Assembly: GCA_964369465.1 (NCBI GenBank)
Contig: CAYJEX010000003.1
Span: forward strand, 21,063 to 85,062
Length of the DNA stretch: 64,000 nt
Source: an uncultured Oscillospiraceae bacterium
Lineage (GTDB): Bacteria > Bacillota > Clostridia > Peptostreptococcales > Anaerovoracaceae
Direction of reading: 5' to 3'
The translations under genes were made by a program, and so were the position numbers. Positions within the stretch are counted from its first letter, which is position 1; every line of letters begins with the position of its first letter. Under the pieces are notes generated by a model. It was given only the letters and a program-made list of their open reading frames with translations, was not told the origin of the DNA and did not search any database. This document shows, piece by piece, positions 30,901 to 39,141 of the stretch.

Positions 30901-32051
30901 TGTTGTGCAAAGGAAAAAACAGAACATGATCCGTGTAAATAATAATTTTTTCCGCTTCGATTACCTATTTCCCCTAATAAAAATGCTCCTGAAATTCCTG
31001 TTTCTTTAAAAGCAGTCATTTCCCATTCAGACAAATTCTCTAAATACATTTTTCTAAAAGCACATGAGTAACATCCTAAATATTCAGCTGATGTTATTTG
31101 TAATTCTCCACATATTTCTTGCCATTCCTGAACACTTTTTAAAGGACTTAAATATCCAAGTCTAAATTTTTGCCCTTCTCGAAGAGAAGACATGTATAAT
31201 TCAAAAGTGTTTTTTTCCTCATTATAACTAATAAATCTGCTTGCTCCATCTCGCCCCTCTAAAATAAAAGGAAATCTTATTAAAATATCATTATTAATTG
31301 ACTCGGTATTCATCCCTTCGTTTTTCGAAATACTATCTATATTTAATATTTTTTTCATCCATGTAACAGAGTTTTCATTTTCTATTTCTGTAATGAAATT
31401 TCCTCCTATTTCATAATCTCCTGCTACCTTAGTTATTTTATAAGGAGGTGTTAGTGGATCATTTCCAATTACCGTATTTGTATATGCCAAAACATATTCG
31501 TCCTTTATAATTGTAAGACTTACTCCATTGTCTAATATTTTTTCATCATCAAAAATAAAATCAATTATTTCGCCGGTTTTACTTATATGTCCTACTTTAC
31601 CACCTACAAAAGATATGCTTACCAGTTGGTCAGACAACTCTTTCATAATTTGGCTTGAATCTGTTTTGAGTCCACCAAAAAAAAGAAATGCAAAGCTCTT
31701 ATTTTTATCCTTTATTAATTCCATGACCTTATTTGCAACTTCGATATTTTCAAGATCTTCTGTTGAAAAGAAAAAGTTTTCGATAAAGGTATTATCGAAT
31801 TGTGTTATTGAAATCAAAGTGCCTTCTTCATATATTTCTGCTTCATAAATAAGTCCCGAAACTGGAACTCCAACTATTTTCGAGAAGGGTAAAATTCCTT
31901 TTATTTCCTTAGCAATTCTAAAAGCTTCTTCCTTATCCGTTCCTGAATAGTGAATTCTAACTAAAGAACCTTCACCTTTTCCAAATCCAATCTTCTCAAT
32001 TTGTTGCCTAGTTTCTTCAGTAGAATTAAAAAGAATATTTGTGAATTTCAT
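27957..32051 (-). CDS. composite c-di-GMP signalling protein: FIST-degenerate GGDEF-like-EAL-TM-Cache-like-TM-GGDEF
   Basis: There is an N-terminal FIST_N/FIST_C-like region (..GAFLLGEIG). EAL motifs follow (EALMRL, EIVETE, DDFGSGYSNF, KVDGS, ESVET, QGYFF). The TM helices are ILIMAPIVAIVMIVVILTF and IMYIFVGSMLIIVSVYFIL. The C-terminal GGDEF carries an RxxD I-site (RAGDIIGRIGGDEF). The ATG at 32051 is preferred; the listed start is GTG. Confidence 0.85.
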   Translation of the reverse strand: MKFTNILFNSTEETRQQIEKIGFGKGEGSLVRIHYSGTDKEEAFRIAKEIKGILPFSKIVGVPVSGLIYEAEIYEEGTLISITQFDNTFIENFFFSTEDLENIEVANKVMELIKDKNKSFAFLFFGGLKTDSSQIMKELSDQLVSISFVGGKVGHISKTGEIIDFIFDDEKILDNGVSLTIIKDEYVLAYTNTVIGNDPLTPPYKITKVAGDYEIGGNFITEIENENSVTWMKKILNIDSISKNEGMNTESINNDILIRFPFILEGRDGASRFISYNEEKNTFELYMSSLREGQKFRLGYLSPLKSVQEWQEICGELQITSAEYLGCYSCAFRKMYLENLSEWEMTAFKETGISGAFLLGEIGNRSGKNYYLHGSCSVFSFAQQENYLELNLAAFDSISTIQNNNISFIKSQLEITDEKSCEIFENLVKQEYKTQQQMLSDNIYGIENMTDFLKTQAVEKCKKICFVYQNSISEEEKYTIAFDTAKETINNVKLFLEKNYSSSKIKLYSFDDTNFFFTANKNIKEADFIELTQKLFTECRNIKIENSEKEYKNTFVVTISETQVHELYEIADKNKNNPGKYLISDNSTANTDTLQNEFRMVAELNEILKCNTIIPYFQGIYDNKKGNFFCYEALMRLQTADGKILIPSQFMEISKKYNIYVELSYQMISLVLDIFKDRQESITMNVSAIDIHSKKFNTMIKEKLSNVESPERFIFEIVETEQYSFQKEVESFIKMVKSYGAKIAIDDFGSGYSNFVEIGSLDVDLIKVDGSITSLLDTDTRYSKILESIKYLGKKMHVDLIAESVETASMQKQILSMGIRYSQGYFFSTPMPFEELEIVSLQNEEKKANEKEEEAGTKLFVQDEIAKKQMKRILIMAPIVAIVMIVVILTFTTFTKSKVEELSDNFLIEIGVETANEIASNMEASENMIATLSVAATNGAVNNNDIIENLSYLKNNSSFDEIFISFDEETLLDTNGNLMPISIKNVTINHSTTSEQGSTIDILSPVINDDTKEEYLLIRTSIERDGEKIGEVYGAYLLEEFRKVLDLKSFGGEAFYHICEIDGTPIVVSGDGDNLFKGDDMYVFIGSLDISNGHTIESIKNDMKEGEAVLLKYTINNEDRSAVMTPIPNTNWCIVNIIQNEIVSEMASDINNIMYIFVGSMLIIVSVYFILSVKTLRKNQKSLINSLETSYFLTNSLQAAVETDALTRTYTRVTAIEKISEIINSSNQNDKVHALVIVDVDNFKAVNDKYGHNAGDVYLQEVVSIIKSCLRAGDIIGRIGGDEFILFFNDVHDMENIKSVLDRIQKNINNIKSSEDYFVETSISAGVAIYPRDGDTYQTLNHKADNALYLAKRTGKNIYKIYND

Positions 32052-32233
32052 TTTCAGACACACCTTTCTATAACTAAACAGAAAACAATTTTTCTATTTA
32101 GTATTTTAACATTTTTCCCTTCATTTAACAAGCAAATAGATATTTTAAACATATCAATATGTTGTAATATTTCGAATAGATATATGATTCGTTATAAGTA
32201 TACAGTATTTCTATTTTATGTATAAAATAATGG

Positions 32234-32262
32234 TTGAAAATTGATAAAATTTTCTCTATAAT
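32234..32262 (+). promoter_or_regulatory. candidate sigma-A promoter for the aldehyde dehydrogenase/aminotransferase operon
   Basis: TTGAAA (32234-32239) is followed by 17 nt and TATAAT (32257-32262). This would give a leader of roughly 200 nt before the ATG at 32476. Other weaker promoters closer to the gene cannot be excluded. Confidence 0.45.
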
Positions 32263-32475
32263 GTGGATAGATAGATAAGTTAGATATTATCCATAAATTT
32301 GCTTTAAAATCGTGCAATTAAATATGCGTTTTCAAAGTAAAATATCTGCTAAAAATTTTAAATAAATTGAACAAAAGACAATTTGTATGTTCAGTTAACC
32401 TGGCACTGTAATTTATGGATATAAATAATTTAATATTAAATCAATTTAATTTAATTCTTAAAAGGAGGACAAAAA

Positions 32476-33891
32476 ATGTCAGATGCAAAAACTTATGTTG
32501 CTAGTTTAATTGAAAAAGCTAGAGTAGCTCAAGCAATAGCAGAAAAATTCACTCAAGAAGATGTTGATAGAATTACAGGTGCTGTTGCATATGCTTTAAC
32601 AAAGCCAGAGGTAGCTCTAAAATTTGGTGAGATGCTTGTTGAGGAATCAGGAATGGGAATTCCTGCGCATAAACAAGCAAAAATGTTCAGTAAAGTAAAA
32701 GGTTCTTATGCTCAAATGAGAGATGAAAAATCAGTTGGTCTAGTAGATTTTGATGAAAAGACTGGAGTTGAGAAGTATGCTCGTCCTATGGGAGTTATTG
32801 GAGCTATCATTCCTGTAACTAATGGAGAAGCAACACCAGTTGTAAAATCTTTAATGGCACTTAAAACTAGAAATGCTGTAATTTTAGCTCCACACCCTAG
32901 AGCTAAAAACACTAATTTAGCAGTAACAGAAGCAATAAGAGAAGTATTAGTTAAAGTTGGTGCCCCTGCTGATCTAGTTCAATCTGTTGATCCTTCTATG
33001 GTTTCTATCGAAACATCAGGTGAAATATTCAAACAAGTTGACTTTATCCTTGCTACAGGTGGAACTCCAATGGTAAGACAAGCTTACTCTTCAGGTAACC
33101 CTGCTATCGGTGTAGGTACTGGTAATGTTGTAAGTATCGTTGATGGAACAACTAATTTAGATGATGTAGCTGATATGCTTGTAAGATCTAAAACATTTGA
33201 CAACGCAACTTCTTGCTCGACAGAAAACAATATCATAGTTTTAGAAGAATGCTATGATGAATTCGTAGCAGCAATGGCGAAAAAAGGCGCTGTATTATTC
33301 AAAGAAGGTTCAGAAGAAAAAGCAAAACTTCTTAAAACATTATGGCCAGAATCACCTGCAAATCATAACTTAAACATTCAAATCGTTGCACAACCTGCTG
33401 CTAAAATAGCTGGATTGGCTGGAATTGATGTACCAGAAGGAACTGTTATGCTTATGGCTGAAGAAAATGAAGGATTTGGAAATGACTTCCCATTCTCAGG
33501 CGAAAAATTATCTCCAGTTTCTGGACTAAGAAAAGCTAAAGACTTTGATGATGCTGTAGAGCAAATGATTAAAACTCTTGAATATCAAGGTAAAGGACAT
33601 AGTTGTGGTATTCATACTACAATGAAAGAAAGAGTTGATAGACTAGGCGCTGAAGTTCCAGTTTGTAAAGTTTGCTGGAACCTTCCTCAATCACTATCAA
33701 ATTCAGGATCTTGGACTTGTGGTTTCCCTATGTCAATGACATTAGGTTGCGGAACTTGGGGACATAACAGCATTTCACACAATGCTACTTGGAAAGATTT
33801 ATTGAACTTTAATTTTGTTGCTAGACCAATTGCAAATTGGCAACCAACAGATGAAGAATTATTTGCAAGCGTAGATAAATCAAATCTATAA
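32476..33891 (+). CDS. CoA-acylating aldehyde dehydrogenase, SucD-like (succinate-semialdehyde dehydrogenase [acylating] family)
   Basis: From recollection it aligns block by block with clostridial SucD: PVTNGEATPV, ILAPHPRAK, ATGGTPMVRQAYSSGNPAIGVG, catalytic Cys region ATSCSTENN, C-terminal TLGCGTWGHNSISHN. The RBS is AAAGGAGG. Confidence 0.8.
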   Translation: MSDAKTYVASLIEKARVAQAIAEKFTQEDVDRITGAVAYALTKPEVALKFGEMLVEESGMGIPAHKQAKMFSKVKGSYAQMRDEKSVGLVDFDEKTGVEKYARPMGVIGAIIPVTNGEATPVVKSLMALKTRNAVILAPHPRAKNTNLAVTEAIREVLVKVGAPADLVQSVDPSMVSIETSGEIFKQVDFILATGGTPMVRQAYSSGNPAIGVGTGNVVSIVDGTTNLDDVADMLVRSKTFDNATSCSTENNIIVLEECYDEFVAAMAKKGAVLFKEGSEEKAKLLKTLWPESPANHNLNIQIVAQPAAKIAGLAGIDVPEGTVMLMAEENEGFGNDFPFSGEKLSPVSGLRKAKDFDDAVEQMIKTLEYQGKGHSCGIHTTMKERVDRLGAEVPVCKVCWNLPQSLSNSGSWTCGFPMSMTLGCGTWGHNSISHNATWKDLLNFNFVARPIANWQPTDEELFASVDKSNL

Positions 33892-33905
33892 TTTATGGTA
33901 GTTTT

Positions 33906-33929
33906 GAAAAGGGCAATACTGCCCTTTTC
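33906..33929 (+). terminator. intercistronic GC-rich hairpin (partial terminator or attenuator)
   Basis: gaaaagggca-atac-tgcccttttc, a perfect 10-bp stem, lies 15 nt after the dehydrogenase stop and 37 nt before the aminotransferase ATG. Confidence 0.55.
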
Positions 33930-33966
33930 ATTAAGAAAATAATATCAAAAAATAAGGAGGCATTAA

Positions 33967-35289
33967 ATGTCAAGTATTAAAGAAAAAAGTTTAAAGTACA
34001 ATCTTCATTCATGGAGTGCACAAGGTGCTTTAAATCCTAAAACTATTGTAGACGCAGAAGGTCTATATTTCTATGATGATGCTGGCAACAAATATGCAGA
34101 TATGTCTGCACAACTTGTTAACTCAAACCTTGGACATAAAAACCAAGCTATCATCAAAGCGATTAAAGATCAAGCTGATAAAATGGCTTTTATGGGACCT
34201 GGATTTGCTGTTGACGTTCGTTCTGAAGCTGCAGAAGCAATTTCAGTAATGTCAGGAATGGAAGGATCAAAAATATTCTTCACAAATGCTGGTGCAGAAG
34301 CTAACGAAAACGCACTAAAAATGGTAAGAGCTTACACTGGAAGAAATAAAATTTTCTCAGCTTATAAATCATACCACGGTGCATCTGCAGGTGCTGGAAT
34401 GCTTACAGGCGATCCAAGACATTTTGCAAATGAGCCAGGCCCTGCTGGATTCATTAAATTTGACTTCCCGTATGAATACAGAGCTCCTAAAGCTTGTAAA
34501 TTCAATAGCGAAGAAGAAGTTACTGCATTTTATCTAGAGTTATTAGATAATCAATTCCAATATGAAGGCCCTCAAAATATCGCTGCAATTTGGCTTGAAA
34601 CAGTTGTTGGTTCAAATGGAATTCTTATTCCTCCTAAAGGATATATGGAAGGCGTTAGAGCATTATGCGACAAATATGGAATCATGATGGTTTGCGACGA
34701 AGTTATGGCTGGATTCTACAGAACTGGTACACCTTTCGCTTACATGAACTTCAATATACAACCAGATTTAGCTATATTCGCTAAAGGTGCTACTTGTGGA
34801 TACGTTCCACTAGGTGGTGTTGTAGTTAGCAAAAAAATTGCTGATTTCTTTGATAAAAATAAAATGTTCTGTGGCTTAACATATAACGCTCACATTCTTG
34901 GTTGTGCAACTGCAATAGGAACAATCAACGAGTACAAAAGACTTAACATCGAAGAAAATGTTGCAAAACAAGGAAAAGTTCTAGCAGATACATTAGATAG
35001 TTTCGTTGATAAATACAAATGTGTTGGTCAAGTAAGACATATCGGACTATTCTCTTGCGTAGAATTAGTTAAAGACAAAGAAACTAGAGAGCCTATCGTT
35101 CCTTATGGAAAAGACCCTGAGGGTATGATTCCTAAAATTGTTGGAATGTTAGTTCAAAGAGGATTCTGGACTTACATGATGGAAAACTGTTTAACAGTTG
35201 CTCCTCCACTAACAATAACTGAAGAAGAATTAAGAGAAAACTTAGCTATTTTAGACGAAGTTTTAGCAGAAGTTGACAAATTGATTTAA
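33967..35289 (+). CDS. class III PLP-dependent omega-aminotransferase (GABA / beta-alanine / taurine:oxo-acid type; substrate unknown)
   Basis: Identified by LVNSNLGH, FFTNAGAEANENALK, DEVMAGFYRTG and the PLP-lysine motif AIFAKGATCGYVPLGG. The RBS is AAGGAGG. Confidence 0.88.
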   Translation: MSSIKEKSLKYNLHSWSAQGALNPKTIVDAEGLYFYDDAGNKYADMSAQLVNSNLGHKNQAIIKAIKDQADKMAFMGPGFAVDVRSEAAEAISVMSGMEGSKIFFTNAGAEANENALKMVRAYTGRNKIFSAYKSYHGASAGAGMLTGDPRHFANEPGPAGFIKFDFPYEYRAPKACKFNSEEEVTAFYLELLDNQFQYEGPQNIAAIWLETVVGSNGILIPPKGYMEGVRALCDKYGIMMVCDEVMAGFYRTGTPFAYMNFNIQPDLAIFAKGATCGYVPLGGVVVSKKIADFFDKNKMFCGLTYNAHILGCATAIGTINEYKRLNIEENVAKQGKVLADTLDSFVDKYKCVGQVRHIGLFSCVELVKDKETREPIVPYGKDPEGMIPKIVGMLVQRGFWTYMMENCLTVAPPLTITEEELRENLAILDEVLAEVDKLI

Positions 35290-35355
35290 TTCAGTAAAAC
35301 AAAAAAAGGCTCTATGTCAAATGTTGAAATAGAGAAAAAAACATTAAAATAAAAA

Positions 35356-35390
35356 AGATAGGTTATATCATAATGTATAACCTATCTTTT
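35356..35390 (+). terminator. intrinsic terminator after the aminotransferase
   Basis: A perfect 12-bp stem, agataggttata (35356-35367) with tataacctatct (35376-35387), is followed by TTTTATATTT. Confidence 0.75.
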
Positions 35391-35517
35391 ATATTTGTAC
35401 TTGAATTTTTTTTTGCAAATCAATTTCCCGTAATCAAATTTAGTTTTCATGTATAACAATTTATTATAATTGTCGAAATGTTAAATATAATACTTTATTT
35501 TACATTTTAGGCTACTT

Positions 35518-36429
35518 CTACCCTGCAACTATTTCTTTTAATAGCTTTGGCAATTCTACCTCCATATTGTCTTCAGAAAATTGACAAGTTCCTACTGCTT
35601 TATGGCCTCCACCGCCATATTTAAGCATCAACTTACCCACATTTAATTCTGAAGATTTATTTATAACTGAGTATCCAACGGCGCAGCTGCAACCATTTCC
35701 TCCTCGCCCACTTACAATCCAAGCCGAAATGTTTTGTTCAGGATATAGGCTATATATCAAAAATCGATTTCCCGTATATATAGGATCCACTCCACGCAAA
35801 TCACTAATTATTACATTCCCATCTACTTTGGTATATTTCTTTACCATTTCAACAAACTTATCATTTTGTTCCCAATATACCTCTATACGTTCTTTTACGT
35901 CAGGAAGGTTTAGAATATCTTCAATTTTCATTGTCATACAACAATCAATTAGTTTTTCCATTAAAACATAATTTGATATCGTAAATTGTCTCCATCTTCC
36001 TAATCCTGTTCTAGGGTCCATAAGAAATCCTAGCAGAATCCATCCATCAGGATTTTTAACTTCCTCTATAGTAAGATTCGCAGAGTCAACTTTATCTACC
36101 CCTTCCATCATCTTTTCTAGTCCTGGAAACGTTTCTGCTCCTCCATAGTATTCATAAATAATCCTAGCACAAGAAGGAGCTATTCTACTCTCCCCTTTAT
36201 ACTTCCCTTCTAATTCAATTCTTTCATGTTCACTAGAATGATGATCAAACCAAAGTCCGCAACCAGGGACGTAAGGTACATTTGCCAAACAATCATTAGG
36301 GCCAACTTCTACTAACCCATCTTGTAAATCTTTTGGGTGAGCAAAAGTCCAAGTGTCAATAATACCTGCTTTCTTCAGCAATGCTGCACAAGCTAATCCG
36401 TCAAAATCAGAGCGTGTAACTAAATTCAT
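35518..36429 (-). CDS. DHH/DHHA1 phosphoesterase, NrnB-like (COG2404-type)
   Basis: Motif I is SDFDGLACA. The DHH motif is WFDHHSSE. The DHHA1 motif is YGGGGHKAVG. Confidence 0.7.
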   Translation of the reverse strand: MNLVTRSDFDGLACAALLKKAGIIDTWTFAHPKDLQDGLVEVGPNDCLANVPYVPGCGLWFDHHSSEHERIELEGKYKGESRIAPSCARIIYEYYGGAETFPGLEKMMEGVDKVDSANLTIEEVKNPDGWILLGFLMDPRTGLGRWRQFTISNYVLMEKLIDCCMTMKIEDILNLPDVKERIEVYWEQNDKFVEMVKKYTKVDGNVIISDLRGVDPIYTGNRFLIYSLYPEQNISAWIVSGRGGNGCSCAVGYSVINKSSELNVGKLMLKYGGGGHKAVGTCQFSEDNMEVELPKLLKEIVAG

Positions 36430-36628
36430 CTTTCTCCTCCCTTTATATATCGTACATTTATATTTTTAATTACGTAGCACCCCTTAGGGATACTCTATTA
36501 TCTACTTCAAACATTAATATATTTCAATTATATCATATTTCTTATTCTCTATAAACTTTTTTTGAATATCATTCAAAATATGTTATAATAATGACTTGTG
36601 AGAGAAAATAATTTTAATGTGAGGTAGT

Positions 36629-38503
36629 ATGAATAAAAAAGACAGAATAATAAATATTGCAGTTATTGCACACGTTGATGCTGGCAAATCTACACTTGTA
36701 GATGCTTTTCTAAATCAAAGTGGTGTATTTAGAGCAAATGAAGAAATAGTAAATTGTATTATGGATAGTGATGATATTGAAAGAGAACGTGGAATAACTA
36801 TATATTCTAAAAACTGCTCCGTAATGTACAATGATGTAAAAATCAACATTGTAGATACACCAGGACATGCCGATTTTTCATCTGAAGTTGAAAGAATCAT
36901 GAAAACAGTAGATACTGTTATTCTTCTTGTAGACTCTAGTGAAGGCCCAATGCCACAAACTAGATTCGTACTAAATAAATCATTAGAAGCAGGCTTAAAC
37001 CCTATCCTTTTGATCAATAAAATAGATAAAAAAGATTCTAGAGTTGATGAAGTTGTTGATGAAGTATATGAACTATTTATGGACTTAGAGGCAAATGACA
37101 AACAGTTAGACTTCCCTATTCTTTACGGTATAGCTAGGCAAGGTGTTGTTGTGTACAGTCCAAATGACGTTGACAACATACATGTACTTAATGATAATGA
37201 AACAAAAGTTGAAAAATCACCTAAAGGAGAGCAAGGTAAAAATATTATTCCTTTATTTGAAACCATTATAAAACATGTTCCAGAGTATCCTGACTATGAT
37301 AACGAGCCTTTACAATTACAGGTCTCTACACTAGGCTATGATGACTATATAGGAAGACTGGGAATCGGACGAATTACAAAAGGAACCTTGAAGGAAAATT
37401 CAATACTTTCTGTCGTTAAAGCTGACGGAAGTGTTGATAAGAAAAAAATCAACCAAATTTTTACTTATCAAGGTCTAAAAAGAATTAATGTTTCTGAAGC
37501 TAAAAGCGGAGATATAGTTGTTGTTTCAGGAATAAGTGACATTTCAATAGGAGAAACCATATGTGATTTAAATAATCCTATCCAAATGGAATCAATACAT
37601 ATTGATCCCCCTACTATTTCAATGAATTTCATTGTAAATAAATCTCCTTTTGCAGGATTGATTGGAAAGTATGTAACATCTAGACATATTAAAGACCGTT
37701 TAACAAAAGAGTTAGAAGTTAATGTTGGTTTAGTCGTAGAAGCAACAGATTCTACGGATATATTCAAAATATCTGGCAGAGGAGAATTGCATATTTCTAT
37801 TTTAATTGAAAATATGCGTCGCGAAGGTTATGAACTTGCAGTTTCAAAACCAGAAGTCATTTTTAAAAAAGATGAAAATGGAAAAAAACTCGAGCCTATC
37901 GAAGAAGTTGTCATTACTGTTCCTGATGAATATTCTGGAAATGTGATCTCAAAATTAAATACTAGAAAAGGAATATTAACGGAAATGTCAGGAGAAAATG
38001 GATATTCAAAAATTGTTTTCAAAGCACCTACAAGAGGTTTATTAGGTTATAGAAGCGAATTCATAAATGATACTAGAGGTGAAGGAAACATGGTTCGTAG
38101 ATTTTCTTCATTTGAAGAATATAAAGGGGATATCCCTCAAAGATTAAATGGCGTTGCAATCTCTGGAGACAATGGTGTTTCTACCCCATATGCACTATTC
38201 AACATTCAAGAAAGAGTTCAAATGTTTATAGAACCTGGAACTAAAGTTTATGAAGGAATGATTATTGGAATGAATAGCCGTAATGAAGATATGACAGTTA
38301 ATCCTTGTAAAGCAAAAAAAGCTACTAACATGCGTGCTTCTGGAAATGACGAAGGAATTAAGCTTTCTCCTGCAAGAAGATTTACACTAGAAGAAGCATT
38401 AGAATATATTAACTCCGATGAACTTGTAGAAGTAGTTCCTAATGATATTAGGCTAAGAAAAAAACATCTTTCTGAAGTTGATAGAAGAAGAGCAAATAGA
38501 TAA
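36629..38503 (+). CDS. typA: translational GTPase TypA/BipA
   Basis: Identified by IAVIAHVDAGKST, DTPGHADF, NKID, and EF-G-like domains III, V and C-terminal. Confidence 0.95.
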   Translation: MNKKDRIINIAVIAHVDAGKSTLVDAFLNQSGVFRANEEIVNCIMDSDDIERERGITIYSKNCSVMYNDVKINIVDTPGHADFSSEVERIMKTVDTVILLVDSSEGPMPQTRFVLNKSLEAGLNPILLINKIDKKDSRVDEVVDEVYELFMDLEANDKQLDFPILYGIARQGVVVYSPNDVDNIHVLNDNETKVEKSPKGEQGKNIIPLFETIIKHVPEYPDYDNEPLQLQVSTLGYDDYIGRLGIGRITKGTLKENSILSVVKADGSVDKKKINQIFTYQGLKRINVSEAKSGDIVVVSGISDISIGETICDLNNPIQMESIHIDPPTISMNFIVNKSPFAGLIGKYVTSRHIKDRLTKELEVNVGLVVEATDSTDIFKISGRGELHISILIENMRREGYELAVSKPEVIFKKDENGKKLEPIEEVVITVPDEYSGNVISKLNTRKGILTEMSGENGYSKIVFKAPTRGLLGYRSEFINDTRGEGNMVRRFSSFEEYKGDIPQRLNGVAISGDNGVSTPYALFNIQERVQMFIEPGTKVYEGMIIGMNSRNEDMTVNPCKAKKATNMRASGNDEGIKLSPARRFTLEEALEYINSDELVEVVPNDIRLRKKHLSEVDRRRANR

Positions 38504-38537
38504 ATATCCATTTGTCTTAATAATTTAGAGATATCAT

Positions 38538-39104
38538 ATGAAAAAAAATACCATTCTAAATAAACAAGAGTTAAGAAAATCTGTTTTAGAAACAAGAACA
38601 AATTTTGAAGATAATTATGTTCATAATATTTCTTCGCGAATAATATCAGAAGTTCTATTATCTGAAGAGTATAAAACTGCAAAAACAATTTTTTGTTATG
38701 TTTCTTTTGATAAAGAAGTTTCAACACATAGTCTAATAGAAACTATGATCCAACACAACAAAAATGTTTGTGTTCCTTTATGTACAGATAATGGGAAAAT
38801 GGTACCAATAAAAATCCAATCTATGGAAGACCTTACTATCAATTCTTTTGGAATAATGGAACCAAATACAACTTCTCAGCTTGTTTCACATGACAAAATT
38901 GATTTAGTAATTGTTCCTTGTATTTGTGCCAACGTTGATGGTTTTCGTATTGGATATGGTGGTGGATATTATGACAGGTTTTTACAAGAATATCTTGAAT
39001 TTAATCAATTATCTAAAGCATTATTGTTATGTTATCCTGACTTCTTATTTGATATAGTTCCTCACGAAGAGCATGATATACCAATAACAAAAATACTATA
39101 CTAG
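38538..39104 (+). CDS. 5-formyltetrahydrofolate cyclo-ligase
   Basis: The GYGGGYYDRFL motif and a length of about 188 aa identify it. Confidence 0.88.
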   Translation: MKKNTILNKQELRKSVLETRTNFEDNYVHNISSRIISEVLLSEEYKTAKTIFCYVSFDKEVSTHSLIETMIQHNKNVCVPLCTDNGKMVPIKIQSMEDLTINSFGIMEPNTTSQLVSHDKIDLVIVPCICANVDGFRIGYGGGYYDRFLQEYLEFNQLSKALLLCYPDFLFDIVPHEEHDIPITKILY

Positions 39105-39126
39105 ATTACTTAGTATAGTATTTTTG
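39092..39126. terminator. bidirectional intrinsic terminator between convergent genes
   Basis: The 12-bp stem aatactatacta (39092-39103) with tagtatagtatt (39111-39122) has U-rich tracts on both strands. Confidence 0.75.
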
Positions 39127-39141
39127 TTACAAATAATATAT

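Noticed and set aside
32401-32416. A sigma-54-like -24 element, TGGCAC, followed 5 nt later by TTTAT, upstream of the SucD-like gene
   Set aside because: The -12 element lacks the conserved GC (TTGC). No enhancer-binding protein gene is in the window. A sigma-A promoter is available upstream. This is most likely a chance match in AT-rich DNA.
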